Shown: positions 26,713 to 36,863 of the stretch, piece after piece
Layout of the letters: every line of letters starts with the position of its first letter
How positions within the stretch are numbered: the stretch's first letter is position 1
NCBI GenBank assembly: GCA_015661395.1
Contig: JACWML010000001.1
Coordinates: 19,273 to 83,272, forward strand
Reading direction: 5' to 3'
DNA: 64,000 nt
From: Methanomicrobia archaeon
GTDB taxonomy: Archaea > Halobacteriota > Bog-38 > Methanoflorentales > Methanoflorentaceae
The notes under the pieces: model-generated
The model's input: only the letters and a program-made list of their open reading frames with translations
The model's database searches: none
What the model was told of the DNA's origin: nothing
Program-made: the position numbers and the translations under genes

Positions 26713-28710
26713 TCAATCTTCGTCAAATGGCAGCCTGTCGTGCTTTTCTAAACCCGCCGGTTCTACGTCCAAGGTTCTGAATCGATGGTAAGGCCACTCG
26801 TAGATGATGACCGGATTAGCGAGTACCTTTGCGCCTTTTCCAAAAAGCGATATCCGTGTGTAGGTAGAGGTCTCATCCAAAGGATAATCGCCTGCCGCCT
26901 CGGCAAAAAGGTGCTCCACGCGCCCTCGACATTGGGAAAGATTCCTCTTGTACCACTCCTGTGCAAGATGGAGCTGGTCAGCGGTTTTTTCGGATGTTGT
27001 GCCCCTCATTATGGTGTCCGCTGAGTGGAGGGCCAGCGTGTAATCAGCGCCGTATAATCCCTTAAAATTCCTGAGCGAAGGCTCTATAGCCGCCTCATCG
27101 TTTCCGAAAGATGGTGCGTTTGGCGTTTTATTTCCTACAAAGACTGCGATAATAGCCACCGCAAAATCTTGTAGGTGGCGTTTCAGGTCTGTCAACAGTG
27201 AGTTTTCATCAAAAGCCGCTCTTGTTCGAACGGAATCTGTGAGTCTCCCGGCATTGGTCGATGCACGCGGCAAATGATCTAAGATTATCAACATTGACCT
27301 ACCCTCATTCGCGTCAACTTGATTTTGGGCCGTGCGCAGGGCACTTCTCACACCTGTGATGTTCGTTCCTGCATTTGCTTCAACGACCGTCAAGTAACGG
27401 GCCACCCCTCTGCTCAATCGTTCTCCTGCTTCAATTACCTGCCCCAATGTCGTTTCTTCTGCCTCAGAATCAAAGGCATTCTCGCGATACCGTGAAAGCT
27501 CCGTTGCATCAATCCCGCTGTGCCGTGCAAGTGCGCGCTCTGCAAAGTGTTCTTTGCTCATGCCATAGCTTACGTATAGCGTAGGAAACCGACGTTGCGC
27601 AGCAAAGTCAGCACACCACGCAATGAAGTCCGTTGCCTCCGTATCGCACGATGCAGTCACCGCGTATAACTTGCCTGGCTTCCAGCCCCCACCAAAAGCG
27701 AAGTTTAGCCACTCTGAGGGGGTAGGTATAATATCCTTCCTCTTTGCAAAAAGATTCGTGACGAAGAAATCGAGGTCTTCCCCAAAGGTACGTGTTTTAT
27801 CGCTCGCTTCAAACAACAATGTGTTCGATTGATCTCTAAGCGTCCTCAAGACGATTTCAAGCGGAAGAGTGCTCGAAGCTAGAGCCGTTTCCGCCATTTG
27901 AACGAGTTCTTGCGCTCTGAATCGCGCGCCACGTGCGTTTGTGAGGTTCAAGTACTTCATAAATGTATCACGCTGGCACGGTGCACGGTTTCGTAGCCGC
28001 TGCACATATCGCGCTATTTCGTTCACGTGTGCGCGCATCTCAGGGCTTCGAGAGAGGAGGCTCAAGATTGCACTGTATTGTATCTGTCGGTCGTGATATG
28101 CGAGATAGTGACACGCGTGCCACAGCACGCGATTAAAAGGCAAACGAATGCCCCCCCTGGACACGTACTCATCCGCGAATCCCTCCGGGCGGAGCCCCAG
28201 CCTTAGCCCTTCGGTGACACTGTCTGGATCGTTAAGCAGATACGTGATGATCTCTTCTTCCATTGAAGCATGGTCCTCACTACGTTCGTAGTTCAGGTCT
28301 CTGATTGGCCTCGCTTGATAGTACTCGCAGTTCCAGCCCGTGCATGCCGAGCGCTCTCGGAGTCTCTTGCTCAACCAGATATCCTCGCAGCTCCAGCAGT
28401 ACGTCCAGGGATTCTCTCGAGCCTGTGAAAGGCATTCCACAAACTTCTGGGCGTCGCTTGCCTCCCTCGAGCCCCCAAAGAAGACCGAATTCCGCATCAT
28501 CGTCTGCGCCATTTTTCTCCCTTGCACGTCGCTGAGCCCTTTTGTCACAACGTATCGCACGAGGAGCAAGTGCGCCGTATCGCACTCTAGATCAGAAGAC
28601 ACGCCGTGATGCAACAGATCAAGGATACACGGCGGATGGCGAATTCTTTTGCGAAAAGACTTCTGAAACTGGGGTTCCACATTTTGACTGGACACGAATC
28701 TCTGCCTCAC
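26713..28710 (-). CDS. Zinc-ribbon plus DnaB-like (N- and C-terminal domain) protein with degenerate Walker A
   Basis: Has CWSCEDIW...CTGWNC, then a DnaB-N-like segment (EEEIITYLLNDPDSV...GFADEY...LWHACHYL). A RecA/DnaB-C-like segment follows (GGGWKPGKLYAVTASCDTEAT...MLIILDHL) that lacks GKT/S. An alternative start is ATG 28512. Confidence 0.6.
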   Translation of the reverse strand: MRQRFVSSQNVEPQFQKSFRKRIRHPPCILDLLHHGVSSDLECDTAHLLLVRYVVTKGLSDVQGRKMAQTMMRNSVFFGGSREASDAQKFVECLSQARENPWTYCWSCEDIWLSKRLRERSACTGWNCEYYQARPIRDLNYERSEDHASMEEEIITYLLNDPDSVTEGLRLGLRPEGFADEYVSRGGIRLPFNRVLWHACHYLAYHDRQIQYSAILSLLSRSPEMRAHVNEIARYVQRLRNRAPCQRDTFMKYLNLTNARGARFRAQELVQMAETALASSTLPLEIVLRTLRDQSNTLLFEASDKTRTFGEDLDFFVTNLFAKRKDIIPTPSEWLNFAFGGGWKPGKLYAVTASCDTEATDFIAWCADFAAQRRFPTLYVSYGMSKEHFAERALARHSGIDATELSRYRENAFDSEAEETTLGQVIEAGERLSRGVARYLTVVEANAGTNITGVRSALRTAQNQVDANEGRSMLIILDHLPRASTNAGRLTDSVRTRAAFDENSLLTDLKRHLQDFAVAIIAVFVGNKTPNAPSFGNDEAAIEPSLRNFKGLYGADYTLALHSADTIMRGTTSEKTADQLHLAQEWYKRNLSQCRGRVEHLFAEAAGDYPLDETSTYTRISLFGKGAKVLANPVIIYEWPYHRFRTLDVEPAGLEKHDRLPFDED

Positions 28711-29377
28711 TCGCTGAACCGGGCATCGAACACCTATAGCTCAACTTCAGCCAATGGCGAATCGTCGTGGCGATGAGTACGCCACCGGTTCTTGCTTTTT
28801 GCGAAATAGCCCGTATACGTTATCTGTGCGTTAGGTGAAAGTGTATCGTTAGTGCTCGTCACGATCACAGAAGCGTGCACCTTCGACCGGCGCCTAACGT
28901 CACACGTTTCCGGCACGCATTATCCGATTCTCAACGCTCCAAGATCAAACGCGAGTTAGGCGCCCCAACCGACCTGACAGCTTACGATGCCGCCATACCG
29001 CCACCGATTGATAAGGCGCGCGTGATGCCTCGGGACCCTCGCCGATACCCAACTTCGCGCGCACTCGACGTGTTCGCCGTGGCGATCAAAGGCATTCTAG
29101 CGTCTACCAGCGAACTACTACTTTGGTGAACTCTCGCAAAACCCTATTGATGCTATTTCGTTCATCACAAAAATCACACAATAACTGCTGACTTTGGCCG
29201 ACGCGGCCGAGTCTTTGCTTTGCGCTTTATGAGAGACACCCACCCTGAGTTGCCTTTTTTTTGTAAGCGCCTTTATCATCCTGCCCCACGCGAACAGCGT
29301 ATTGGAGACAAACTCACCCAAATAGCGAGCGATGAAATTGTTTAAATACGCCGAAACACCTAACACTACGTGGTTCA

Positions 29378-30121
29378 ATGCGCGAAGCCGACACCAGTTC
29401 AGTCCCGTACGGAAGATACGAAAAAGATGAATCAATTTTCGGTCTCTCAGATCTAGCGAGCCTGGCTGCGTTCATCTATCTTTTGTTCTTTCTCCTGGTG
29501 CTCGTAATATATAGCGCGAATCCTTTCGAGCCGGCAGTGTTCGGGTTCTACAAACTCTCAGTCTTCTTTCAAGTCGTGTCGTTCTTCGGCATCTTTTTTG
29601 TTCCGACCTTGCTGATCTACTTCGCCCTCGACTTCACAAAGAGCGTTGGGCACACGGTTGTCGTGCTCGGGTACCCGATTCTTGCGCTTGGAGCAGCAGC
29701 AATCCTTAACATACCAGATGCGCCACTTTTCGCAGCGCTGAGCGGAGTCGTGCTCTTTGCGTTCTATTTTTTGGCGGGGCTCAATCGTTCGGCGATCGAG
29801 AGACGACAGCGCGCCCCATATGCCCGGAGTGCCGTCCGTCAGAGTCCAGTTGTTCTACCCCCACCGCGGCTGCCTCCTCAACGACGGCCGTCAGATCAGC
29901 GTCCTCCCGCTCAGAGGCGGCAGATGTCACAATACGCGCCACCGAGCCGTCCTTCTGATTTCGGACGAGAGGTCAGGCCACAATACGGATCCTCAGATGG
30001 CTTTCTTTCTCGGCTCGACCGATTTCTCGATCGGTACGACTACGTGGACGGCGAAGCCGTGCGAAAGGGTTCCCGACGCAGCGGGAAATACGAAAGGGAT
30101 CGACGGCGCGGCGGCCGATAG
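29378..30121 (+). CDS. Hypothetical membrane protein with Pro/Arg-rich C-terminal tail
   Basis: Four predicted hydrophobic helices followed by PPPRLPPQRRPSDQRPPAQRR low-complexity sequence. No family recognised. Confidence 0.4.
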   Translation: MREADTSSVPYGRYEKDESIFGLSDLASLAAFIYLLFFLLVLVIYSANPFEPAVFGFYKLSVFFQVVSFFGIFFVPTLLIYFALDFTKSVGHTVVVLGYPILALGAAAILNIPDAPLFAALSGVVLFAFYFLAGLNRSAIERRQRAPYARSAVRQSPVVLPPPRLPPQRRPSDQRPPAQRRQMSQYAPPSRPSDFGREVRPQYGSSDGFLSRLDRFLDRYDYVDGEAVRKGSRRSGKYERDRRRGGR

Positions 30122-30151
30122 GCGCTATTTCCGCTATTCGTAGCTATAAGC

Positions 30152-31978
30152 CTAGGAGGCAATCGCCGCCATGATGACACGATGGATGATCTCCATCAAA
30201 GGGAGCATCATTCCCGGACGCGGGACACCTATTGGGGTCTTCTGCCAGATCCAGCACGCGACAAACAGCCAATACGACGAGACGAACGTGGCAAATCCCA
30301 CCAGGATGGCCAAATCTTTCAGGCGTTTTCTGAAGCCCACGAAGTACGGCACGAAGAGACTCATCGTGACCATGGTAACGACTCCAAGCGTGCGGTTCAG
30401 CGAGAAACCTAACGCTCCGATAAGACCGCTTACTGCAGGCGCGACGAGCGCCGCGTACCCGAGCACTGATCCGCTGAGCACGATCCACGCAGCGGCAAAT
30501 GCTTGTTTAATAGTGGACGCGTGAACGAGAACCTCGCGTATGCTTGCGAGTGTGAAGAAGATTAGCGGGACATAAAGCGGCAGAAAGTAGCGCATATCAA
30601 GGCCAAATCCTTGGTTTAGGCCGAACGGCGCGTAGATTATGACGTGCGCGACGATGCAGATGAAAAACGTGACTGCGATTGCGCGGCTCTTCTCTACCCT
30701 TAGGCGCGTCGCGCCCGTCCTGAATCTCAGCAGCGTTCGCGCGACGTACGGGACAGCTGCGAAGAGGGGAATTATGAGCAAGGGGCATATCTGAAATACC
30801 GAGAGCGTCACCGGCATGTCGACATAGAACAGCACGTGATAGAGGGTTTGAGGCCAGCTCGGCACGGTTTGTAGTTGCCACGTGGCTAAAAAGAGGTTAG
30901 GCAGACTTTGGATCGTGGAGAAAAGTGCGGAACCGGTGGTTGCGTTAATCGGGGAGGCCTGCTGCGAGATTTCTGGGTGTGCACTGAGATAAACTGGCGA
31001 CAAGAAAGGGTTGTGAAAGAGCAGATAGTTATTGATGAAGTACGGGATCATCGCGAGCAGCACCGTGGCCGCAGCCGTAATCACCGCCCTGATTCTCGCT
31101 GTTGACGTCAACAAATCCGTCATAACGATGGCGATCAGGAGCGGAATGGCGTCAAAAACCCGCACCCAGACGCTGAGCCCGACGAAAACGTAAGAGAGGT
31201 AGCGATAGCGCTGCTTGCCGGCCAGCAGATACGTGTAAAGGCTCCAGACGCTCGCTGTGATGAGCAACACCGACGCTGTTTGATCTTTCGCTGAGACCGC
31301 CCAGAACGTGAGGGGCGTCGCGATCAGTATATATGCAGCCCCAAAGGCGGCCACGCGGTCATCAGCGAAGTACCGCGTGAAGATTCGCAACGAAAGCAGG
31401 ACGATGGCCGCCATCGCCAAGATATTGAACAGCTGGATGGCCATAAGAGCGCCCCACTGGTCAAAAACAAGCGGCGGCAGACGAGTGCCGATGTAAGCGT
31501 TGATGATGAAAAGGGTAAGCGCGACAAACGCGCCCAAGCTGCGACCGAGTCGTGGCCGGTGCCACCGCCTTCCCAGAAGCGAACCCACCATGAATACGCT
31601 AAATGACCAGAGAGCAGCGAAGAAGAGCCTAATGCCGACCGTGACACTGATGAGGTAAAGGAGGGCGTAAAACGGAGACGCGAAGACCGGAATGGCGTGT
31701 GTGTAGAAGGCGTACGTATGGCCCTGGAAGGAAAACCCAAGGATGGGGGCTGAGCCTCCAAAACTGAGGCCCTCGTAGAGCTTGGTAGGCAGCGTGTCGA
31801 TCGAGAGCGACCCGCGAGCAAGATTGATGAGCTCCGCCGCGAGGGTCACCTCGTCGTTGATGAAGATGTTAACGTTCCAAATCGCGATGCAGACTGCAAG
31901 CGATGCGTAGAAGAGTAGCGCAGCCGTTTCGTTAGGTAAAACGCGTGTGTAGAGACTCCGTAGCTTGTTGTTGCTCAT
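30152..31978 (-). CDS. Large polytopic membrane protein, possible GT-C-type glycosyltransferase
   Basis: 608 aa, more than 12 hydrophobic segments, an acidic NDE in the first loop, and a position adjacent to a GT4 gene. The assignment rests on architecture only. Confidence 0.5.
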   Translation of the reverse strand: MSNNKLRSLYTRVLPNETAALLFYASLAVCIAIWNVNIFINDEVTLAAELINLARGSLSIDTLPTKLYEGLSFGGSAPILGFSFQGHTYAFYTHAIPVFASPFYALLYLISVTVGIRLFFAALWSFSVFMVGSLLGRRWHRPRLGRSLGAFVALTLFIINAYIGTRLPPLVFDQWGALMAIQLFNILAMAAIVLLSLRIFTRYFADDRVAAFGAAYILIATPLTFWAVSAKDQTASVLLITASVWSLYTYLLAGKQRYRYLSYVFVGLSVWVRVFDAIPLLIAIVMTDLLTSTARIRAVITAAATVLLAMIPYFINNYLLFHNPFLSPVYLSAHPEISQQASPINATTGSALFSTIQSLPNLFLATWQLQTVPSWPQTLYHVLFYVDMPVTLSVFQICPLLIIPLFAAVPYVARTLLRFRTGATRLRVEKSRAIAVTFFICIVAHVIIYAPFGLNQGFGLDMRYFLPLYVPLIFFTLASIREVLVHASTIKQAFAAAWIVLSGSVLGYAALVAPAVSGLIGALGFSLNRTLGVVTMVTMSLFVPYFVGFRKRLKDLAILVGFATFVSSYWLFVACWIWQKTPIGVPRPGMMLPLMEIIHRVIMAAIAS

Positions 31979-31981
31979 TAC

Positions 31982-33013
31982 TTAGACAGCCGAGCGCTCG
32001 GCTTCACGCTCCATGATCGTATCATAGACGCTGATGTACCCGTCGACCATGCGATCCACATCAAAGCGCTCCGCGCGTCTCCTGCACCGCTGTCTTCGAA
32101 TGCTGCCAACCTCGCCCACTTTGTCGATCGCGTCGCGCACGCTCTTAACGATAAAGCCTGTCTCTCCGTCGACGAGTATCTCCCGCACGCTGCCTTGGTC
32201 TGTGGCAATGACGGGCGTACCACTTGCGAGAGATTCAACCAGGGTAAGACCAAACGGCTCAGCAAAAGAGATCAGGTGCAAGCTGCAATACGCCTGCTTG
32301 AAAAGCTCGTTTCTCGTTTTTTCGTCCACCGTGCCGAGATACTGTATCTGCTCCCCGTCGATCTCAGGCTTGACGCACTTCTCGAAATAGGCGCGATGCT
32401 CGCTCGCGACGAGCCCGGCAATCTTCAGCGTCATTCCGGTTTCTTTTGCCACCTCAATAGCGCGGTGCGTGCCCTTGTCACGCGATATGCGTCCGAAGAA
32501 CAGAAGATAATCATCGGGAGCGTCACCATACTCAAAGGAGCCGACGTCGATCCCGTTGTACACGGTGGCAACGTAGTTTAGGCCTTCCGTTCGATCGGCG
32601 TTGCTGATGGACACGTAGTAGTTATCCCAGTACTTTCTGTACACGGGCAGAATCCGATCTGAAGAGAATCCGTGTATGGTCGTAAGAAGAGGAGTATCCG
32701 TGAGCCGTGAGAAGGTTAGCGGATAGAAGTCGTAGTGACTGTGAAGAATATCGAATTCGTGCGCTTTTTCGAAGGCGTTTGATATGTGGAGCCATTGATA
32801 GACGCCAGCGTCAAGCGATTCATCTTCATAAAATCCGTGCGGACACACCCACTCAAGCTTCGCCTTCGTGACAGAGTCGCCGGTCGCGAAGAGCGTAACG
32901 TCATAGCCTCGCTCAACCAAGCCTTCGGTCAGGTAATGGACGACGGTCTCCCAGGGTCCGTAACGGCGTGGCGGGGTTCTCCACGAGATGGTGCCCAGCA
33001 TTCCTATCTTCAA
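31982..33013 (-). CDS. Glycosyltransferase family 4 (GT-B)
   Basis: 343 aa with the typical EPFGLTLVESLASGTPVIATDQGSVREIL motif. Confidence 0.85.
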   Translation of the reverse strand: MKIGMLGTISWRTPPRRYGPWETVVHYLTEGLVERGYDVTLFATGDSVTKAKLEWVCPHGFYEDESLDAGVYQWLHISNAFEKAHEFDILHSHYDFYPLTFSRLTDTPLLTTIHGFSSDRILPVYRKYWDNYYVSISNADRTEGLNYVATVYNGIDVGSFEYGDAPDDYLLFFGRISRDKGTHRAIEVAKETGMTLKIAGLVASEHRAYFEKCVKPEIDGEQIQYLGTVDEKTRNELFKQAYCSLHLISFAEPFGLTLVESLASGTPVIATDQGSVREILVDGETGFIVKSVRDAIDKVGEVGSIRRQRCRRRAERFDVDRMVDGYISVYDTIMEREAERSAV

Positions 33014-33081
33014 TCGACAACCTCCCCCGAGCGCGCTCAGCGTTGTGAACCAGACACCATCTCGCCTCGCGCAATCCTCGC

Positions 33082-34350
33082 TTAGCTCGATGCTTTCGGC
33101 GCCGCATTAGCCGCGTTCGCGTCGCTTTGTAGCGCCTCCACACTATCGGTGCGCTCCCACGGCAGATCGAGATCAGCGCGACCAAAATGCCCATAGGCGG
33201 CGACTTGTCGGTAGATCGGACGTCGAAGTCGCAGTGTGTTAATGATCCACCCCGGGGTGAGCGCAAAACGGCGCCCAATAATCTCAGAGATGGACTCCTC
33301 AGGTATGCGGGCCGTGCCGAACGTATTGACGTATATCGCGATAGGTTGAGCTACGCCTATCGCATACGAGATCTGGATTTCGCACTTGTCGGCGAGTTCG
33401 GCTGCAACAACGTTTTTCGCGATATACCTGGCCGCGTACGCTGCCGATCGGTCGACCTTTGTCGGATCCTTCCCCGAAAAAGAGCCCCCGCCGTGGCGCG
33501 CCATTCCTCCGTATGTATCGACGATGATCTTACGCCCCGACATGCCAGCATCGCCCTTGGGGCCTCCGATCACGAACCGACCCGTAGGGTTGACGTAAAC
33601 TTTCGTGTCCTTATCGATCATCTCAACGGGGATGACGACGTCGATCACGTTCGCCTGAATATCCCGTCTGATGGTGTCAAGTTCGACGTCCGGAGTGTGT
33701 TGCGACGACACGATTACCGTGTCGACTCGGACAGGCCGATCGTCAACGTATTCCACCGTGACCTGCGTCTTGCCATCGGGGCCGAGATAGCCTATTTCTC
33801 CAGATTTCCTGACCTCAGTCAGCCTCAGCGCAAGCTTATTCGCGAGCAGAATCGGCATCGGCATCAGCTCCGGTGTTTCATTCGTGGCATAGCCGAACAC
33901 CATCCCCTGATCGCCCGCGCCGAGTTCGGCATCCTCATCTACGTCCGCAGGCACCTGTAGACACTCGAGGTCGAATCCATCGTCACCCACGGCTGAGACC
34001 CGGCACTCAAGCGACTTGTTGACCCCTTGAGCGATATCGGGAGACTGTTCTTTGATCGATACGATGATCGCGCAGTTGTCACCGTCGAAACCGAATCGCG
34101 AATCGGTGTAACCTATCTCGCGGATCGTATCACGCACCACGCGTGGTATGTCCACGGTACAAGTCGTCGTGATTTCGCCGATCACCACCGCGAGCCCCGT
34201 AGTCACTGCGACTTCGCACGCGACTCGCGCGTTCTTAGGGTCGCGCTCGATGATCGCGTCCAGTATAGCATCCGAAATCTGGTCGCAGATCTTGTCGGGG
34301 TGCCCTTCCGTTACCGATTCGGAAGTAAATAAAAAACGATTCTTAGACAT
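33082..34350 (-). CDS. metK: S-adenosylmethionine synthetase, bacterial/eukaryotic type
   Basis: Contains [39 protein letters not shown] and [19 protein letters not shown]. The start is set at ATG 34350 (MSKNR) because the TATA-like element at 34408-34420 would lie too close to ATG 34404. Confidence 0.9.
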   Translation of the reverse strand: MSKNRFLFTSESVTEGHPDKICDQISDAILDAIIERDPKNARVACEVAVTTGLAVVIGEITTTCTVDIPRVVRDTIREIGYTDSRFGFDGDNCAIIVSIKEQSPDIAQGVNKSLECRVSAVGDDGFDLECLQVPADVDEDAELGAGDQGMVFGYATNETPELMPMPILLANKLALRLTEVRKSGEIGYLGPDGKTQVTVEYVDDRPVRVDTVIVSSQHTPDVELDTIRRDIQANVIDVVIPVEMIDKDTKVYVNPTGRFVIGGPKGDAGMSGRKIIVDTYGGMARHGGGSFSGKDPTKVDRSAAYAARYIAKNVVAAELADKCEIQISYAIGVAQPIAIYVNTFGTARIPEESISEIIGRRFALTPGWIINTLRLRRPIYRQVAAYGHFGRADLDLPWERTDSVEALQSDANAANAAPKASS

Positions 34351-34407
34351 CCTGCCTCGATTCGCTCCACGATTGACAACCTTTTTACCGGTTGGCTTTA
34401 TCATTGG

Positions 34408-34420
34408 TATCTATATAAAG
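34408..34420. promoter_or_regulatory. AT-rich near-palindromic TATA-like element in the metK/ahcY divergent intergenic region
   Basis: TATCTATATAAAG lies about 35-55 nt from both proposed starts and could serve both orientations. Confidence 0.35.
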
Positions 34421-34466
34421 CGTATGGTTGCCGGAAGCAACTGCGTAGCAGATGAGGAATTTTGCG

Positions 34467-35720
34467 ATGAAGAACATAATTAAGGACATCAGCCTCGCTG
34501 GTGCAGGGGAACGACGAATTGAATGGGCTCGCAGGCACATGCCCGTTCTTGAGAAGATTAAGAGTGAATTTGCCCGCGAAAAACCGCTGGATGGCATTAA
34601 CGTTGCTGCGTGTCTTCACGTAACGGTCGAAACCGCGAACCTTATCCGTGTGCTAAGCGCCGGAGGAGCGAATGTCGCGCTCACAGGCTCAAATCCACTC
34701 AGCACCCAAGACGACGTCGCCGCCGCCCTCGCAAACGACGGGATCTCCGTATGCGCCTTTCGCGGCGAAAGCGACGCTGAGTATCATGCGTGTTTGGAAG
34801 AGGCACTCAAGATCGGCCCGCAGGTCACGCTTGACGACGGCGCGGACGTTATCGCCACGGTTCACAATGATCATCCTGAATACCTGAGCGCGGTGATGGG
34901 CGGCTGCGAGGAGACGACAACGGGCGTCGTCAGGTTGAGGGCAATGGCGGCAGAAGGCGCGCTCAAATATCCTGTGATCGCCGTCAACGATGCCGAAACC
35001 AAGATGATGTTTGACAATCGGTACGGGACGGGACAAAGCACGCTTCACGGCATCATGAATGCAACCAATTTCTTGTTTGCCGGAAAAACCGTCGTTGTCG
35101 TCGGCTATGGGTGGTGTGGCCGAGGCGTCGCAGCGCGCGCAAAAGGCCTCGGCGCGAACGTGGTTATTGTCGAGGTCGAGCCACGAAAAGCCCTTGAAGC
35201 GGCAATGGACGGCTTCAGAGTGATGCCGATGCGCGACGCGGCAAGGATCGGCGATCTCTTCATCACGGTCACCGGCGATATCGCAGTAATTCGCGGGGAA
35301 CACTTCGCGGTTATGAAAGATCAGGCTATCGTCTGCAATTCAGGACACTTCAACGTAGAACTCGATCTGGAAGAGCTCAAGGGGATGGCGACAAGCACGA
35401 CGAATGTCAAAGAGAACGTGGACGAGTATCGCATGCCCGATGGCAGGACGCTTTACGTGCTTGCCGAGGGGAGGCTGATTAACCTCTCGGCGGCCTTCGG
35501 GCACCCACCCGAAGTCATGGACATGAGCTTCGCGAACCAGGCACTGTGCGTCAAATACGTCGTCGAAAATCACGCGCATCTGAGCAACTCCGTGCACGGC
35601 GTGCCGACCGCAATAGACAAACGGGTCGCCATGCTGAAGCTTAGTGCGATCGGTATTGAGGTTGAGCAACTTACCCCGCAGCAAGAGGCGTACCTCCACT
35701 CGTGGACGCTCGGAACGTAG
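34467..35720 (+). CDS. ahcY: Adenosylhomocysteinase
   Basis: Archaeal-length SAHH with an NAD-binding site (VVVVGYGWCGRGVA), HFNVE and EGRLINL. ATG 34452 is an alternative start. Confidence 0.9.
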   Translation: MKNIIKDISLAGAGERRIEWARRHMPVLEKIKSEFAREKPLDGINVAACLHVTVETANLIRVLSAGGANVALTGSNPLSTQDDVAAALANDGISVCAFRGESDAEYHACLEEALKIGPQVTLDDGADVIATVHNDHPEYLSAVMGGCEETTTGVVRLRAMAAEGALKYPVIAVNDAETKMMFDNRYGTGQSTLHGIMNATNFLFAGKTVVVVGYGWCGRGVAARAKGLGANVVIVEVEPRKALEAAMDGFRVMPMRDAARIGDLFITVTGDIAVIRGEHFAVMKDQAIVCNSGHFNVELDLEELKGMATSTTNVKENVDEYRMPDGRTLYVLAEGRLINLSAAFGHPPEVMDMSFANQALCVKYVVENHAHLSNSVHGVPTAIDKRVAMLKLSAIGIEVEQLTPQQEAYLHSWTLGT

Positions 35721-35773
35721 CTCGTCTGTCACGTTTCTCTAGGGGAAAGGTTTGAATGGAAGGAACTTAAACG

Positions 35774-36844
35774 ATGACCGCGATCGATGAATATATAAAA
35801 GACGTATTTGGAAGCGATGCGAACGTCGTACAGGTCAGCGAACTGGGTCACCCGACCGAGGAGCTCAAAGGCTTTGGTTATGGGCGGCCCTATCAGATTA
35901 CGTTTTCGATCGACGGCGAGCTCAAATCCGTTGTGCTTTCGTCGATGCGACGTGAGGGTGGCTTTGGCCACGATCACTTCTCCGACCGCGCCCAGATACT
36001 CATCTGGCAGCACGCCACCTTTGGCTCCCTCCCTCGACACGTGCGCGCGTTCGACGTCGGCTACTTCACCCGTAATGGAAGGATGCGATCTGCCCGCGAG
36101 GCCGACGAGTACTTCATCCTGATGGATCTGGTCTCGGGAACCGAGTACTTCCACGACCTCAATACCATTAGGGACTCGAGCACGCTGACCGATCTCGACG
36201 TGGCCCGTGCAGAGGCGCTCTCAAATTACCTCGTCGCTATACACGCCGTGAAACGTGACGAACCTGTCATCTACACGCGCCGCATACGCGAGCTCATAGG
36301 TCACGGCGAGCTCATTATGGGCCTGATCGATAGCTACCCGAATAGCTTCGACGCGTTTTCGCAAGATGATTTCCGCCTGCTCGAAAAGCGCTGCATTGAT
36401 TGGCGATATGCACTAAAAGATCGCGCGCATCGACTTTGCGTGGTCCACGGCGATTATCACCCGTGGAACATCATGTTCAGAGACGGCACTGATTTTACCG
36501 TTCTCGACCGGAGCCGTGGAGAATTCGGAGAAGCCGCCGATGACGTGACGTCGTTAAGCGTGAACTATCTCTTTTATTCAATACAGAAGTACGGGAAGCT
36601 GGCAAGAGAGTTTAAGACGCTGTTTGACTCGTTCATGAGAAACTACCTTCAGGAGACGCAAGATTACGAACTCCTTGAGGTTATACAACCATTCTATGCG
36701 TTCAGGGGGCTTGTTGTGGCAAGCCCTATATGGTATCCAAACATCGATCAGCAGGTGCGGCAGAGGCTGTTCAACTTCGTGCGAAACGTGCTTGAAGCCG
36801 AAACGTTCGACTATCAGAACGTCAACGCACTCTTGAAGGATTGA
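35774..36844 (+). CDS. APH/choline-kinase-fold phosphotransferase, substrate unknown
   Basis: 356 aa with the catalytic loop VVHGDYHPWNIMF and a downstream DRSRGEFGEAADDV. Confidence 0.7.
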   Translation: MTAIDEYIKDVFGSDANVVQVSELGHPTEELKGFGYGRPYQITFSIDGELKSVVLSSMRREGGFGHDHFSDRAQILIWQHATFGSLPRHVRAFDVGYFTRNGRMRSAREADEYFILMDLVSGTEYFHDLNTIRDSSTLTDLDVARAEALSNYLVAIHAVKRDEPVIYTRRIRELIGHGELIMGLIDSYPNSFDAFSQDDFRLLEKRCIDWRYALKDRAHRLCVVHGDYHPWNIMFRDGTDFTVLDRSRGEFGEAADDVTSLSVNYLFYSIQKYGKLAREFKTLFDSFMRNYLQETQDYELLEVIQPFYAFRGLVVASPIWYPNIDQQVRQRLFNFVRNVLEAETFDYQNVNALLKD

Positions 36845-36863
36845 CCCCCGGGGTGACTCTTGA

